Shown here one piece after another: positions 29,230 through 38,801 of a stretch of 64,000 nt of DNA. Every line of letters starts with the position of its first letter. The stretch's first letter is position 1. The stretch is taken from the NCBI GenBank assembly GCA_964515055.1, contig CAZEUG010000001.1:21921-85920 (forward strand). The letters run 5' to 3'. The notes beneath the pieces were generated by a model, which did not search any database, was not told the origin of the DNA, and saw only the letters and a list, made by a program, of their open reading frames with translations. The DNA comes from an uncultured Oscillospiraceae bacterium (lineage in GTDB: Bacteria; Bacillota; Clostridia; Oscillospirales; QAMX01). A program made the translations under genes and the position numbers.

Positions 29230-30648
29230 TCAGGAACGGGGATGGCGCGATTCGTCATTCCGCTGCGGTTTGGACGGGGCAGCAGAATGCTCCTGCTGCT
29301 TTTTCCGACGATACAGATAGGCGGAGAGAAACAGCACCACGCCGTACAGGACAGCGCAGACAATGGCGGCGCAGAGCAGAATCAGAAGAAAGCGGAGCAG
29401 CGTCCGGACAAACGAGCTGCCTTTTTTCACGCCGGACGAAACCGGCGAATCGGACGTGGTCATGTCGGAGGAAGACGACGAACCGGACGGATCGGTCACT
29501 GCGGCGATCTGATAATCGGTTCGGGAGACGAGCCTGGTTTGCCCGACCGGAGTTCCGTTGTCATACAGGGTGAGCGTGCCGAATACCGTCCCGGCCGGAG
29601 CGGGCTCGGAAATGACGTCCGGCACCTCATAGACGCATTCGAAGGCGAACGGATCGTCCTGCGTATGGCAGAGTACGGAGAACGGCTCCGGCTCCAAAAG
29701 GAGCGAATCACCGGACGCGGTGGGGACAGACTTGGCAAAGTCGATCGCACTGTCGATCGTTTTCAGCGCCAGGTTTTCTGCAAAATAATCCACAAGAGCC
29801 GAGGTGTTCTGGAAGGTCGTTCCCTTCGGCGCTTTCAGAATGGTGATGATGACCTGCATATCGTTGAACTCGGAGAGCGTCGCCAGCGTGTTGGCCGCCG
29901 GTGTGGTATAGCCGGTTTTCCCGCAGACCACCTTGCTGTTGTAAACGCCGGAGCGGGGCAGCAGCAGATCGTTGGTCGTCGTCAGATACCGGGTCTCGCT
30001 GCATTTGTTGGTCGGCGGAATCTCATAGGTGGGCGTCGACATGACCTCCACGAGGAACGGGTGCTGAATGCATTCCTGCAGCAGCGTGGCCAGATCGCGG
30101 GCGCTCATGTAATGATCCGGGTCGTGCAGACCGTTGGTGGTGACAAAGTGCGTATGCGTCATGCCGAGGGCGGCTGCGCGTTCATTCATCAACTCGACAA
30201 ACGCGTCCGCGCTGCCCGCAATGTATTCCGCCATACCGAGACACGCTTCGTTTGCGCTGGGGAGGAGGATGGCGTAAAAGACCTGACGCACCGTCAGCTG
30301 CTCGCCGACGTCGATGGCAATGTGCATGGTATCCCGCGGAATGCCGTAAACGGCTTCACGGGAGAAGGTGATGACATCATCCAGAGAGGCCTGACCCGCT
30401 TCAATGTACTCCATCGCGATCAGCGCCGTCATCAGCTTGGTGGTGCTGGCGGGATACAGCTGCTCATCGGCGTTCTGCTCCAAAAGGACAGCCCCGGTGT
30501 TCAGCTCAATGGCAAAAGCGGCATACCCTGAAATATCCGGCAATGAGGGAGCGCCGCACGCTTCTCCATAAAATGCGGCGGCCGAGGGCAGCCTGAAAAA
30601 AACAGTCAGCAAAACCAGCAGCGCGGAAACAAGCCTCTTGTGTTTCAC
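29230..30648 (-). CDS. D-alanyl-D-alanine carboxypeptidase (S11 low-MW PBP) with C-terminal TM anchor
   Basis: SxxK (ASTTKLMT), SxN (LPSANEA) and KTG (GKTGYT) motifs. GTG start at 30648 preceded by GGAGG. The ORF-track start at 30714 lacks an RBS. Confidence 0.85.
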   Translation of the reverse strand: MKHKRLVSALLVLLTVFFRLPSAAAFYGEACGAPSLPDISGYAAFAIELNTGAVLLEQNADEQLYPASTTKLMTALIAMEYIEAGQASLDDVITFSREAVYGIPRDTMHIAIDVGEQLTVRQVFYAILLPSANEACLGMAEYIAGSADAFVELMNERAAALGMTHTHFVTTNGLHDPDHYMSARDLATLLQECIQHPFLVEVMSTPTYEIPPTNKCSETRYLTTTNDLLLPRSGVYNSKVVCGKTGYTTPAANTLATLSEFNDMQVIITILKAPKGTTFQNTSALVDYFAENLALKTIDSAIDFAKSVPTASGDSLLLEPEPFSVLCHTQDDPFAFECVYEVPDVISEPAPAGTVFGTLTLYDNGTPVGQTRLVSRTDYQIAAVTDPSGSSSSSDMTTSDSPVSSGVKKGSSFVRTLLRFLLILLCAAIVCAVLYGVVLFLSAYLYRRKKQQEHSAAPSKPQRNDESRHPRS

Positions 30649-30813
30649 ACAAAAACCTCCAGTCCATACACAGAAAAAATCAACCACTTTATATTCTACC
30701 ATTTCAGGCACCATTTGTCAAAGCATTTTTTGTACTTCTTCCATTCTATTTCCTGATAGAAAGAAGGTGAAAAGACGGCAGAGCCTGCCGTTTTCATCAT
30801 CCGGGTGCGCACT

Positions 30814-30842
30814 TTGACAAATACAGTATCCGGTGGTATAAT
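30814..30842 (+). promoter_or_regulatory. SigA-type promoter for pdxK and the LD-carboxypeptidase gene
   Basis: Consensus TTGACA, a 17-nt spacer, then TATAAT with a TGg extended -10. Confidence 0.7.
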
Positions 30843-30880
30843 AGAGAAGGAATATCTGCTCAAACAGGAGGTTTCGCCCG

Positions 30881-31756
30881 ATGAATGCCGCACTGCCGCG
30901 TGTTGCCGCGATTCATGATGTATCCGGCTTTGGGAAATGTGCATTGACCATTGCCATCCCGGTTCTCTCTGCCTGCGGTGTGGAGGTCTGCCCACTGCCG
31001 ACAGCCGTCTTATCTGCAAATACCGATTTTCCGGGATTTCAGATGGTCGATCTGACAGCGGCCATGCCCGGCTTTCTCCATCATTGGGAAACCATGCAGC
31101 TGCATCTGGATGCGGTCTATTCCGGCTTCCTGGGCTCTGCGGCTCAGATGGACGACATCACACAGCTGGTGCAGTCGTTCCGCCCGAAACTGACGCTGGT
31201 GGATCCGGTCTGCGCCGACGACGGGAAGGTTTATAAAACCTACACGCCGGAGATGTGCAGGCGGCTGCGGACGTTCACGTCCGTTGCTGATGTGGTGACG
31301 CCGAATCTGACAGAAGCCTGCGTGCTCACGGAGACGGATTTTGCATCCTGCCGGACGGATCCAGCCGGCATCCGCGCTCTCGCCGAACAGATCCGCGAAT
31401 ACGGCGCCAAAAGCGTCATCATCACGGGGATTGAACGCGGCGGGGTACTCTGCAACTGCATTCTGGATGATCAGGGCTACGACGAACGTACCGTTTCGCT
31501 GCTTCCGTTCCGGATGCACGGCACGGGTGACCTGTTTGCCAGCGTCCTGACGGGCGGCCTGCTGACGGGGCATGACCTCCGAAGCAGCGTCGATTCAGCA
31601 GCGCAGTTCACTGCGTTTGCCATGGAGCAGAGCGCCCGATACGAAGATGCCTTCCGGCGCGGCGTCTGCTTTGAACCGTACCTGCATCTTCTGGCCGGCG
31701 GGCTGTTCCGTGCGGAAGAAAAGCCTGTCGAGCCCACACTAAAATCAGAAAATTGA
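30881..31756 (+). CDS. pdxK: Pyridoxal/pyridoxamine kinase
   Basis: PRVAAIHDVSGFGKCALTIAIPVLSACGVEVCPLPTAVLS and a C-terminal GTGDLFAS motif (ribokinase-fold PdxK). Confidence 0.85.
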   Translation: MNAALPRVAAIHDVSGFGKCALTIAIPVLSACGVEVCPLPTAVLSANTDFPGFQMVDLTAAMPGFLHHWETMQLHLDAVYSGFLGSAAQMDDITQLVQSFRPKLTLVDPVCADDGKVYKTYTPEMCRRLRTFTSVADVVTPNLTEACVLTETDFASCRTDPAGIRALAEQIREYGAKSVIITGIERGGVLCNCILDDQGYDERTVSLLPFRMHGTGDLFASVLTGGLLTGHDLRSSVDSAAQFTAFAMEQSARYEDAFRRGVCFEPYLHLLAGGLFRAEEKPVEPTLKSEN

Positions 31757-31759
31757 GGA

Positions 31760-32689
31760 ATGAACAGCATGGACAAAATGATAAAACCAAAGCGGCTGAT
31801 GCCGGGGGATACCATTGCGTTGATTGCACCCTGCGACGGGGTCAAACTGGGACAGGCGGATGGTCCGCTTGCGCAACTGGAAAAAATTGGATACCGGACA
31901 AAAGTCAGCCGGTATTTTTATGATCATGACTGGACCTTTGCGGCATCTGCCGAAAAACGCGCAGCCGATTTCAACGAGATGGCCGCAGACGACGAGGTCA
32001 AAATGGTCATTTTTGGCGGCGGCGAAGTCTCCAACGAAATTCTGCCCTATATGGACTTCGAAACCGTCCGCAAACACCCGAAGATCTACTGCTCCTACAG
32101 CGATGGAACCACACCGCTCAACGCGATCACATCCCTGACCGGTCTGGTCACCTACTATGGCTCTGACCCGGGCATCCCGGGCGGCAGTAACCTGTACAGC
32201 GCCCGCTCCTTTGAAGCGGCAGTCAACACCGGCACGGCGCCGTACAACTTCGAAAAAAGCAGCCCCTGGACAACCATTCGCGGCGGCGAAGGCACCGGTG
32301 AGCTGATCGGCGGCTTCCTCGCCAACTTCGCACTGATGCTCGGCGGCAGCTACCTCCGCATCGACAAAACCAAGCGCTATCTGCTGTTCCTGGAGGATCA
32401 TGAACAGTTCGGCGCACCGAACGTCACGTCCAAATATCTGTCCCATATCGAACAGAGCGGCCTGATGGAGAATGTCTCCGGCCTGATTATGGGACACTAC
32501 GCGGAAAAGGATTATCCGGATATCAACGCGATTCTCTCCCGCGTCGCAGAGCGCTACGGCATCCCGACCGTCAAAACGGACGATTTCGGCCACGGCCCGT
32601 TCCGTGCGACGCTTCCGATCGGCGTTTCGGCCGTCCTCGATGCGGACGCACAGACGCTTCGTTTCTTAGAGAACACGGTCGAATCCTGA
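31760..32689 (+). CDS. LD-carboxypeptidase family (S66) peptidase
   Basis: KRLMPGDTIALIAP..., FGGGEVSNEILPYMDF and YSDGTT (nucleophile Ser region) match the S66 layout. Confidence 0.75.
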   Translation: MNSMDKMIKPKRLMPGDTIALIAPCDGVKLGQADGPLAQLEKIGYRTKVSRYFYDHDWTFAASAEKRAADFNEMAADDEVKMVIFGGGEVSNEILPYMDFETVRKHPKIYCSYSDGTTPLNAITSLTGLVTYYGSDPGIPGGSNLYSARSFEAAVNTGTAPYNFEKSSPWTTIRGGEGTGELIGGFLANFALMLGGSYLRIDKTKRYLLFLEDHEQFGAPNVTSKYLSHIEQSGLMENVSGLIMGHYAEKDYPDINAILSRVAERYGIPTVKTDDFGHGPFRATLPIGVSAVLDADAQTLRFLENTVES

Positions 32690-32752
32690 AATAGCGGCAG
32701 AATCGCCACAGGAAGGCCGCGAAGAGGGCGGTATAATTATGAATTATATGCC

Positions 32753-32781
32753 TTTCGAAAAAGCGTGGAACGTGGTATAAT
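32753..32781 (+). promoter_or_regulatory. Candidate promoter for the P-loop gene / kor operon
   Basis: TGgTATAAT extended -10 at 32773-32781. The -35 (TTTCGA) is weak. Confidence 0.4.
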
Positions 32782-32819
32782 ATAAGGAATTTTTAGCGTA
32801 TCAGAAAAGGAGACGGATT

Positions 32820-33509
32820 GTGGGCAATCTCGCAGAAACGCTCGGACAAACCATTCTGCTGGCCGGACATTACGGCAGCGGAAAAACAAACATCGCATTG
32901 AACCTGGCTGTTCTGCTGCGGCGTGCAGGCCGGGACGTGACTGTGATTGACCTCGATATCATCAACCCCTACTTCCGTCTCGCTGATGGAAATTCCATTC
33001 TGGATCAGTACGGGATTGACCACATTGCCCCGGTTTACGCCAACACCAATGTGGATATCCCGGCACTTCCGCCCCGGATCCATTCGCTGCTCTCTGACCC
33101 GACCGGAACGCTGATTCTCGATGTCGGCGGCGATGATACGGGTGCTGCGGCACTGGGTGGCTTCGCAGAAGCCATCGTGCAGCGCGGCTACGAAATGCTC
33201 CTGACGGTGAATCCGTTCCGCCCGTTTACGGAAACGGAACAGGATGCCCGACAGGTTGCGGCGGATATTGAGCAGGCCGCCCGCCTGAAATTTACCGGGC
33301 TGGCCGCCAATCCGAATCTCGGAAGGGAAACAACCGCAGAGACTGTTCTGGGCGCGTGGCCATTTTGCCGCGACCTGGCAGAACAGCTGAACCTGCCGGT
33401 TGTGCTGACGGCCGTGCGGCAGGATCTGTACACGGCGGTGGAGGGCTCGGTGACCGGGCCACTGCTGCCGATCGAAATTCTGCAAAAACCGGGCTGGGAT
33501 ATTTTTTAA
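32820..33509 (+). CDS. SIMIBI-class P-loop NTPase (MinD/ParA/CooC-like), function unknown
   Basis: GTG start with an AAGGAG RBS. Walker A GHYGSGKTNIALNLA. Walker B-like LILDVGGDD. Confidence 0.65.
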   Translation: MGNLAETLGQTILLAGHYGSGKTNIALNLAVLLRRAGRDVTVIDLDIINPYFRLADGNSILDQYGIDHIAPVYANTNVDIPALPPRIHSLLSDPTGTLILDVGGDDTGAAALGGFAEAIVQRGYEMLLTVNPFRPFTETEQDARQVAADIEQAARLKFTGLAANPNLGRETTAETVLGAWPFCRDLAEQLNLPVVLTAVRQDLYTAVEGSVTGPLLPIEILQKPGWDIF

Positions 33510-33561
33510 GACAGAATGCTTTCTGAAAACGCAAAATCAGGATGGAAAGGTGATCAAGCAT

Positions 33562-33768
33562 ATGGCAAAAGTGACGATTGATGAAAAACGATGCAAGGGC
33601 TGCGCGCTCTGTGCTTCTGTTTGCCCGAAGAAAATCATCGCTCTGGCGGCACATCGTCTCAATGAAAAGGGACATCATCCGGCAGAAATCGTCCATCAGG
33701 ATCTGTGCATTGCCTGCGCGATGTGCGCACGGATGTGCCCTGACGCGGCGATTACGGTAGAACGGTAG
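33562..33768 (+). CDS. korD: 2-oxoacid:ferredoxin oxidoreductase delta subunit (2x[4Fe-4S] ferredoxin)
   Basis: Two CxxCxxCxxxCP motifs (CKGCALCASVCP, CIACAMCARMCP). Confidence 0.85.
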   Translation: MAKVTIDEKRCKGCALCASVCPKKIIALAAHRLNEKGHHPAEIVHQDLCIACAMCARMCPDAAITVER

Positions 33769-33784
33769 AACGAGAGAGGACGGA

Positions 33785-34858
33785 TTGCAAATTATGACTG
33801 AGAAAATTTTGATGAAAGGCAATGAGGCGCTGGCAGAAGCTGCCATCCGCGCTGGCTGCCGATACTTTTTCGGTTATCCGATTACCCCGCAGACGCAGGT
33901 CGCGGAATATATGGCGAAGAAGCTCCCGAAAATCGGCGGCGTCTATCTGCAGAGCGAAAGCGAAGTCGCAGCCATCAACATGGTCATGGGCGCTGCGGCC
34001 ACGGGTGCCCGTGCGATGACGTCGAGCTCTTCCCCCGGCATTTCGCTGAAGTCGGAAGGAATTTCCTATATTGCCGGCTGTGACCTCCCGGCGGTCATTG
34101 TCAATATGCAGCGCGGCGGCCCCGGTCTCGGCGGCATTCAGCCGGCACAGTCGGACTATTATCAGGCCACCAAGGGTCTTGGGCACGGCGACTTCCGGAT
34201 GATTGTCCTGGCACCGTGCGGTGTTCAGGAAATCGTTGATCTGATGGGCAAGGCGTTTGACCTGGCCGATGAATACCGGATGCCGGTCATGATCCTCGGC
34301 GACGGGATGCTGGGTCAGATGATGGAGCCGATCACGCTGCCTGAACCGAAGGAGGAAGACCGCAGCGGCAAAACCTGGGCGGCCTGCGGCACCGATGGCA
34401 AACGGAAACGGAATGTCGTCAACTCCCTGTACATTCAGCCGGATGTGCTGGAGCGCCTCGTTGTCGAACGCTATCAGCGCTATGACCGCGTCGCGGCCAA
34501 CGAAACGATGAGCGAAAGCTACCTGACGGAGGATGCGGAAATCGTGATCGCGGCATACGGCGCTTCGGCACGTATTGCGAAAAACGCCATTGCGGCAGCA
34601 CGCGCAGAAGGCATCAAAGCCGGTCTGGTGCGGCCGATCACGCTCTGGCCGTTCCCGAATGCGGCGTTCCAGAAGGCAGCCGAAACGGCCAAGGCATTCC
34701 TGACCGTTGAAATGAGCATGGGACAGATGGTTGATGACGTCAAGCTGGCCATTGAATGCGCCAAACCGGTTCATTTCTTTGGCCGTACAGGCGGCGTTGT
34801 GCCGACCCCGGCCGAAATTCTCGACCAGCTCAGAAAAATTCACGGAGGTGAACGGTAA
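33785..34858 (+). CDS. korA: 2-oxoacid:ferredoxin oxidoreductase alpha subunit
   Basis: KGNEALAEAAIRAGCRYFFGYPITPQT is a typical N-terminus. The start is TTG at 33785 or ATG at 33794. Confidence 0.88.
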   Translation: MQIMTEKILMKGNEALAEAAIRAGCRYFFGYPITPQTQVAEYMAKKLPKIGGVYLQSESEVAAINMVMGAAATGARAMTSSSSPGISLKSEGISYIAGCDLPAVIVNMQRGGPGLGGIQPAQSDYYQATKGLGHGDFRMIVLAPCGVQEIVDLMGKAFDLADEYRMPVMILGDGMLGQMMEPITLPEPKEEDRSGKTWAACGTDGKRKRNVVNSLYIQPDVLERLVVERYQRYDRVAANETMSESYLTEDAEIVIAAYGASARIAKNAIAAARAEGIKAGLVRPITLWPFPNAAFQKAAETAKAFLTVEMSMGQMVDDVKLAIECAKPVHFFGRTGGVVPTPAEILDQLRKIHGGER

Positions 34859-35610
34859 TGGCAATCGTTTATAAAAGACCGGCTTCTCTGTCGGATGTCG
34901 ATACCCACTACTGCCCCGGATGCACGCATGGCATTGTCCATCGTCTCGTGGCAGAAGTGATGGATGAACTGGAAATCGCGGATCGCACCATCGGAATTGC
35001 GTCCGTCGGCTGCTCCGTTTTTTCGTACAACTACTTTGAATGCGATATGATTCAGGCGGCACACGGCCGGGCTCCGGCTGTTGCAACCGGTGCCAAACGC
35101 GCCAACCCGTCGAAGGTCGTTTTCACCTATCAGGGCGACGGCGACCTGGCCGCCATCGGTACGGCGGAAACCGTCCATGCAGCGACCCGCGGCGAAAATA
35201 TCACGATCATCTTCATCAACAACGCGATTTACGGGATGACAAGCGGCCAGATGGCTCCGACGACACTGCCGGGTCAGGTGACCACCACCACTCCGTTCGG
35301 CCGTGATCCGAAGCTGGCCGGTTATCCGGTTCGCGTCTGCGAAATGCTGGCAACGCTCCGCGGCACCGCTTATGCCGAACGCGTCAGCGTCGATTCTGTG
35401 CCCAACATCATGAACGCCAAAAAAGCCATTAAAAAAGGCTTTGAGAAGCAGCTGGCCGGCAAGGGCTTCTCTCTGATCGAAGTGCTTTCCACCTGCCCGA
35501 CCAACTGGGGAATGCAGCCCATGGAAGCGCTGGAATGGGTCAGAAATAACATGATTCCGTATTACCCGCTTGGTGTCTACGCCGACCGGGACGATGTGTT
35601 TGGAGAATAA
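34858..35610 (+). CDS. korB: 2-oxoacid:ferredoxin oxidoreductase beta (TPP-binding) subunit
   Basis: YCPGCTHGIVHR and GDGDLAAIG TPP motifs. Start overlaps the korA stop. Confidence 0.9.
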   Translation: MAIVYKRPASLSDVDTHYCPGCTHGIVHRLVAEVMDELEIADRTIGIASVGCSVFSYNYFECDMIQAAHGRAPAVATGAKRANPSKVVFTYQGDGDLAAIGTAETVHAATRGENITIIFINNAIYGMTSGQMAPTTLPGQVTTTTPFGRDPKLAGYPVRVCEMLATLRGTAYAERVSVDSVPNIMNAKKAIKKGFEKQLAGKGFSLIEVLSTCPTNWGMQPMEALEWVRNNMIPYYPLGVYADRDDVFGE

Positions 35611-35613
35611 AAT

Positions 35614-36150
35614 ATGACAAACTACAATATCTTAATTGCGGGATTTGGCGGTCAGGGCATTCAGTTCGCAGGGAAACTGCTGACCTATATCGGAATGTAC
35701 ACCGGATTGGAGGTCTCCCTCTATCCGTCCTACGGCCCGGAAATGCGCGGCGGTACGTCGAACTGCGGCGTCAACATCAGCTCGGAGCCGATTGCTTCGC
35801 CGCTGGTTGTCAACCCGACTGAACTGATCGTCATGAACGGCCCGTCTCTCGATAAATTCGAAAGCACCACGGTGCCGGGCGGCAAAATCTTCTATGACAG
35901 CACGCTGATCGACCACAACGGCGGCCGGACAGATGTCACCTATTTTGCAGTGCCCGCCACAAAAATCGCAGAAGAAAACGGCATTGCCAAGCTGGCCAAC
36001 GTCATTATGTGCGGCAAGGTTCTGAAAGAAACCGGCCTGTGCGACATGGATGTGGCCGCGCCGATTATTCAAAAGCTCGTCCCGGCCAAAAAACCGGAGC
36101 TGTTTGATCTCAACATGAAAGCACTGAAAATCGGCTACTGCGACTGCTGA
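35614..36150 (+). CDS. korC: 2-oxoacid:ferredoxin oxidoreductase gamma subunit
   Basis: IAGFGGQGIQFAGKLL motif. Confidence 0.88.
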   Translation: MTNYNILIAGFGGQGIQFAGKLLTYIGMYTGLEVSLYPSYGPEMRGGTSNCGVNISSEPIASPLVVNPTELIVMNGPSLDKFESTTVPGGKIFYDSTLIDHNGGRTDVTYFAVPATKIAEENGIAKLANVIMCGKVLKETGLCDMDVAAPIIQKLVPAKKPELFDLNMKALKIGYCDC

Positions 36151-36174
36151 CCCCGAAAACAAATCGTCATAACC

Positions 36175-36212
36175 AAAAGAACCTGTTGCCTCGGACAACA
36201 GGTTCTTTTTTT
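36175..36212. terminator. Bidirectional terminator between convergent korC and ldh
   Basis: AAGAACCTGTTG-CCTCGGA-CAACAGGTTCTT with flanking A and T runs. Confidence 0.88.
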
Positions 36213-36248
36213 GATTGAATTGTTGGATGCAGCAGAAAAGCCGGAAAA

Positions 36249-37202
36249 TCAGATGCGCACCTGCGCAATGACGGCCTTCAGCGCATCGGCACTTTTCCGC
36301 AGCAGTGCGACTTCCGAATCGAGCAGCGGCGGGGCGATGGAACGCTTGATGCCCTGTGCGCCGAGGACAAACGGAATGCTCAGACAGACGTCGTTGATGC
36401 CGTACTGGTCGTGCAGCATGGAGGAGACGGTCATGACCGAGTCCGTGTCGCGAATGATGCAGTCGCAGAGGCAGGAAACGGAAATCGCGATGGCATAATA
36501 GGTGGCACTCTTCAGTGAGATGACCTTGGCACCGGCCGTTCGGACGTCCTCTTCAATCTCCTTCAACTCGACTTTGCCGCATTTGTTGTGCTTCGGACAG
36601 ATTTCCGTACAGTAGCGCGTCATTTCCAGACCGGCAATGGTCGTCAGAGACCAGGGAATCATAGCCGAGTCGCCGTGCTCGCCAAAGACATAGCCGTGTA
36701 CGCTTTTGGAGCTGAGCTGCATATGCGCCGCCAGCCGGGAGCGCAGACGGGCAGAATCCAGCATCGTGCCGGAGCCGATGACCTGATGCTCTGCCAGATT
36801 GGTGGTTTTCAGAATGGTGTAGGTGATGATGTCAACCGGGTTGCTGACAACGAGATAGACGGCGTCCGGCGCAATCGGCGTGATTTTCGGCATGACGGAT
36901 TTGACGATATCGATGTTGGCCTGCGCCAGATCGATGCGCGTCTGGCCGGCCTTCCGCGCCATGCCAACCGTGACGATGACGATGTCGCTGTCTACAGCGT
37001 CCTCATAGGTTCCGGCGTAGATGTTTACCGGGGAGCTGAACGGTGTTCCCTGAATGATATCCATCGCTTCACCGAGCGCCTTCCGCTCGTTGACATCGAC
37101 GAGGACAATCTCGGAGACCATCCCGGCAATCGTCAGGGTGTAGGCAATGGAGGCGCCCACATTGCCCGCGCCGAGAATTGTGATCTTTTTTCCTTTTTTC
37201 AT
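36249..37202 (-). CDS. ldh: L-lactate dehydrogenase
   Basis: KITILGAGNVGASIAYTL Rossmann motif, VTVGMARKAGQTRIDL and GEHGDS motifs. Confidence 0.92.
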   Translation of the reverse strand: MKKGKKITILGAGNVGASIAYTLTIAGMVSEIVLVDVNERKALGEAMDIIQGTPFSSPVNIYAGTYEDAVDSDIVIVTVGMARKAGQTRIDLAQANIDIVKSVMPKITPIAPDAVYLVVSNPVDIITYTILKTTNLAEHQVIGSGTMLDSARLRSRLAAHMQLSSKSVHGYVFGEHGDSAMIPWSLTTIAGLEMTRYCTEICPKHNKCGKVELKEIEEDVRTAGAKVISLKSATYYAIAISVSCLCDCIIRDTDSVMTVSSMLHDQYGINDVCLSIPFVLGAQGIKRSIAPPLLDSEVALLRKSADALKAVIAQVRI

Positions 37203-37325
37203 GGTGGAGTCCCTCCATGCAGATAGAATGGCAGCCCGGCCAGACCGGAACTGCGGTGAAAACCCTCAGAAGCCTCTGATGATTCGTGGAACGGAAATGG
37301 AGAACCATTCCGGTACCCCAATTCT

Positions 37326-37354
37326 ATTATAATACAAGCACGTGATTTTGTAAA
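37326..37354 (-). promoter_or_regulatory. SigA-type promoter for ldh
   Basis: On the minus strand: TTTACA, a 17-nt spacer, then TATAAT. Confidence 0.55.
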
Positions 37355-37375
37355 GAGAACGGTCGATCAAAGCGC

Positions 37376-37417
37376 AAAAAAAGTCAACGACCCGACAGCG
37401 GGTGGTTGACTTTTTTT
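37376..37417 (-). terminator. Terminator after the minus-strand Gfo/Idh/MocA gene (A/T runs on both sides)
   Basis: GTCAACGACCCG-ACAG-CGGGTGGTTGAC (one mismatch) flanked by A7 and T7 runs. Confidence 0.85.
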
Positions 37418-37437
37418 GCAGACTGCGTGCAGTGCCG

Positions 37438-38523
37438 TCAGTCAAAATAGATGGTTTTTCCGGTTTCGGCCGATGTGTAGATGGCTTCGATGATCTGCGA
37501 AACGACAGCTGCCTTCCGGCCGGGAGCCAGCAGGGGCGTCCCCTCCGTGATGGCGCTGATCCACTGGTTCATGTCGTACTGGCATTCATCCAGCTCACGC
37601 CCCTTGAAGAGGTCACGGGTGTAGCGGTTCGGTTCCAGCTCCTGAGTAAACAGCGAACCGTTGACTTCGCCGTTGATCCGGACGTGGCCGTTCTTCATGG
37701 AGAGCCCGGCGCGGTCGCCAACGATGATCGGTGTGTAGCCACACTGATCGGATTCCATGTTGATCGCCCAGGAGGCCTCAATGTGCATGGCACAGCCGTT
37801 CCGGAAGCGGATAAAGCCCATGGCGGAGTCCTCCACCTGGTACTCCTCCTCTGTAAACAGACGACCGTTGTTCGTTTCGGCGCATTTGGCACCCAGCTTC
37901 CGGTAGGAAACGCCGGTGACACTGGCGACGTCGTAGTTGTCGATGATAAACATGGCGGAGTCGATGGAGTGCGTGCCGATGTCGATCATGGGGCCGCCGC
38001 CCTGCTTTTCATAATCAAGGAAAACGCCCCAGGTCGGAATGCCGCGGCGGCGCAGATTGCGCGCCTTGACGTAGTAGACGTTGCCCAGCATTCCGTCGCG
38101 GACGACGTTGCGGGCGAGCTGGAACATGGCGGTGCTGCGCGTCTGATAGCCGACAGACAGGAGCTTCCCGGCTTTTTCAGCCGCCTCACACATGGCGAGC
38201 GCATCCGCATAGGTCTTGGCCATTGGCTTTTCGCTGTAGACGTGCTTTCCGGCCTTGAATGCGTCAATCGTGATGGGCGCATGGCTGGAGTTTGGCGTGC
38301 AGACGTGGACGGCTTCGATTTCGTCCATCGCGAGCAGCTCATGATAATCCTCAAAGACGCGGGCGCCTTCTACCCCGTATTCCCGGGCAGCCTTTTCGGC
38401 GCGCTCCCGAATGATGTCACAGAATGCGACAATCTGAATGTTTTCAACGCTTTTCAATCCGGGAAGATGCTTGCCGTTTGCAATTCCGCCGCATCCGATG
38501 ATGCCGACTTTTACAGGTCTCAT
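37438..38523 (-). CDS. Gfo/Idh/MocA family NAD(P)-dependent oxidoreductase (paralogue 1)
   Basis: MRPVKVGIIGCGGIANGKHLP Rossmann N-terminus and an EKPMA motif. The ATG at 38523 has a GGAGGA RBS. Confidence 0.85.
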   Translation of the reverse strand: MRPVKVGIIGCGGIANGKHLPGLKSVENIQIVAFCDIIRERAEKAAREYGVEGARVFEDYHELLAMDEIEAVHVCTPNSSHAPITIDAFKAGKHVYSEKPMAKTYADALAMCEAAEKAGKLLSVGYQTRSTAMFQLARNVVRDGMLGNVYYVKARNLRRRGIPTWGVFLDYEKQGGGPMIDIGTHSIDSAMFIIDNYDVASVTGVSYRKLGAKCAETNNGRLFTEEEYQVEDSAMGFIRFRNGCAMHIEASWAINMESDQCGYTPIIVGDRAGLSMKNGHVRINGEVNGSLFTQELEPNRYTRDLFKGRELDECQYDMNQWISAITEGTPLLAPGRKAAVVSQIIEAIYTSAETGKTIYFD

Positions 38524-38543
38524 ATCAAATCCTCCACTGTATC

Positions 38544-38561
38544 TGAGCACAGCCGTGCTCA
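38544..38561. promoter_or_regulatory. 18-nt palindrome in the leader of the minus-strand oxidoreductase gene (candidate operator or 5' hairpin)
   Basis: TGAGCAC-AGCC-GTGCTCA lies between the predicted -10 and the RBS. Confidence 0.3.
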
Positions 38562-38580
38562 TTCGATTTCTGACAGAATC

Positions 38581-38609
38581 AGTATAACACAATCGACCGT
38601 CAAATGCAA
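38581..38609 (-). promoter_or_regulatory. Candidate SigA-type promoter for the minus-strand oxidoreductase gene
   Basis: On the minus strand: TTGCAT, a 17-nt spacer, then TATACT. Confidence 0.45.
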
Positions 38610-38706
38610 TCCTGCTTCCGATGAAAAACGGACGGATTCATTTATCCTGAAGCGTGGTTGTTTGCAGGATATGGGAAAAAGTTTTTGAAAAAAAAGTGGA
38701 ACGCTG

Positions 38707-38735
38707 TTGAAATCAATGCACAAATCCTGTATAAT
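38707..38735 (+). promoter_or_regulatory. SigA-type promoter for the TIM-barrel / sulfatase-like / oxidoreductase operon
   Basis: TTGAAA, a 17-nt spacer, then TATAAT. Confidence 0.6.
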
Positions 38736-38801
38736 GAAGGTACCGGATTCTGCCGGCATCAAGGGGTCAAAAGCCCCATGCTTTGATCGGAGGAGATCTT
38801 T

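Noticed and set aside
30773-30795. Hairpin ACGGCAG-AGC-CTGCCGT with flanking T and A runs in the dac/pdxK divergent region, considered as a terminator.
   Set aside because: No gene on either strand ends there, because both flanking genes are transcribed away from it. It may be a leader structure, but nothing supports a specific role.
32739-32780. 13-codon mini-ORF (MNYMPFEKAWNVV*) overlapping a second GGTATAAT motif upstream of the P-loop gene. This could be a leader peptide or tandem promoters.
   Set aside because: It has no RBS and no obvious attenuator structure linked to it. It is too short to evaluate and is most simply explained as chance within an AT-rich promoter region.
38544-38561. 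Considered whether the palindrome TGAGCACAGCCGTGCTCA is a catabolite-responsive element (cre).
   Set aside because: It does not fit the 14-nt cre consensus (TGWAANCGNTNWCA-like): the central CG and the flanking A/T positions are absent. It is kept only as a low-confidence generic operator or hairpin candidate.
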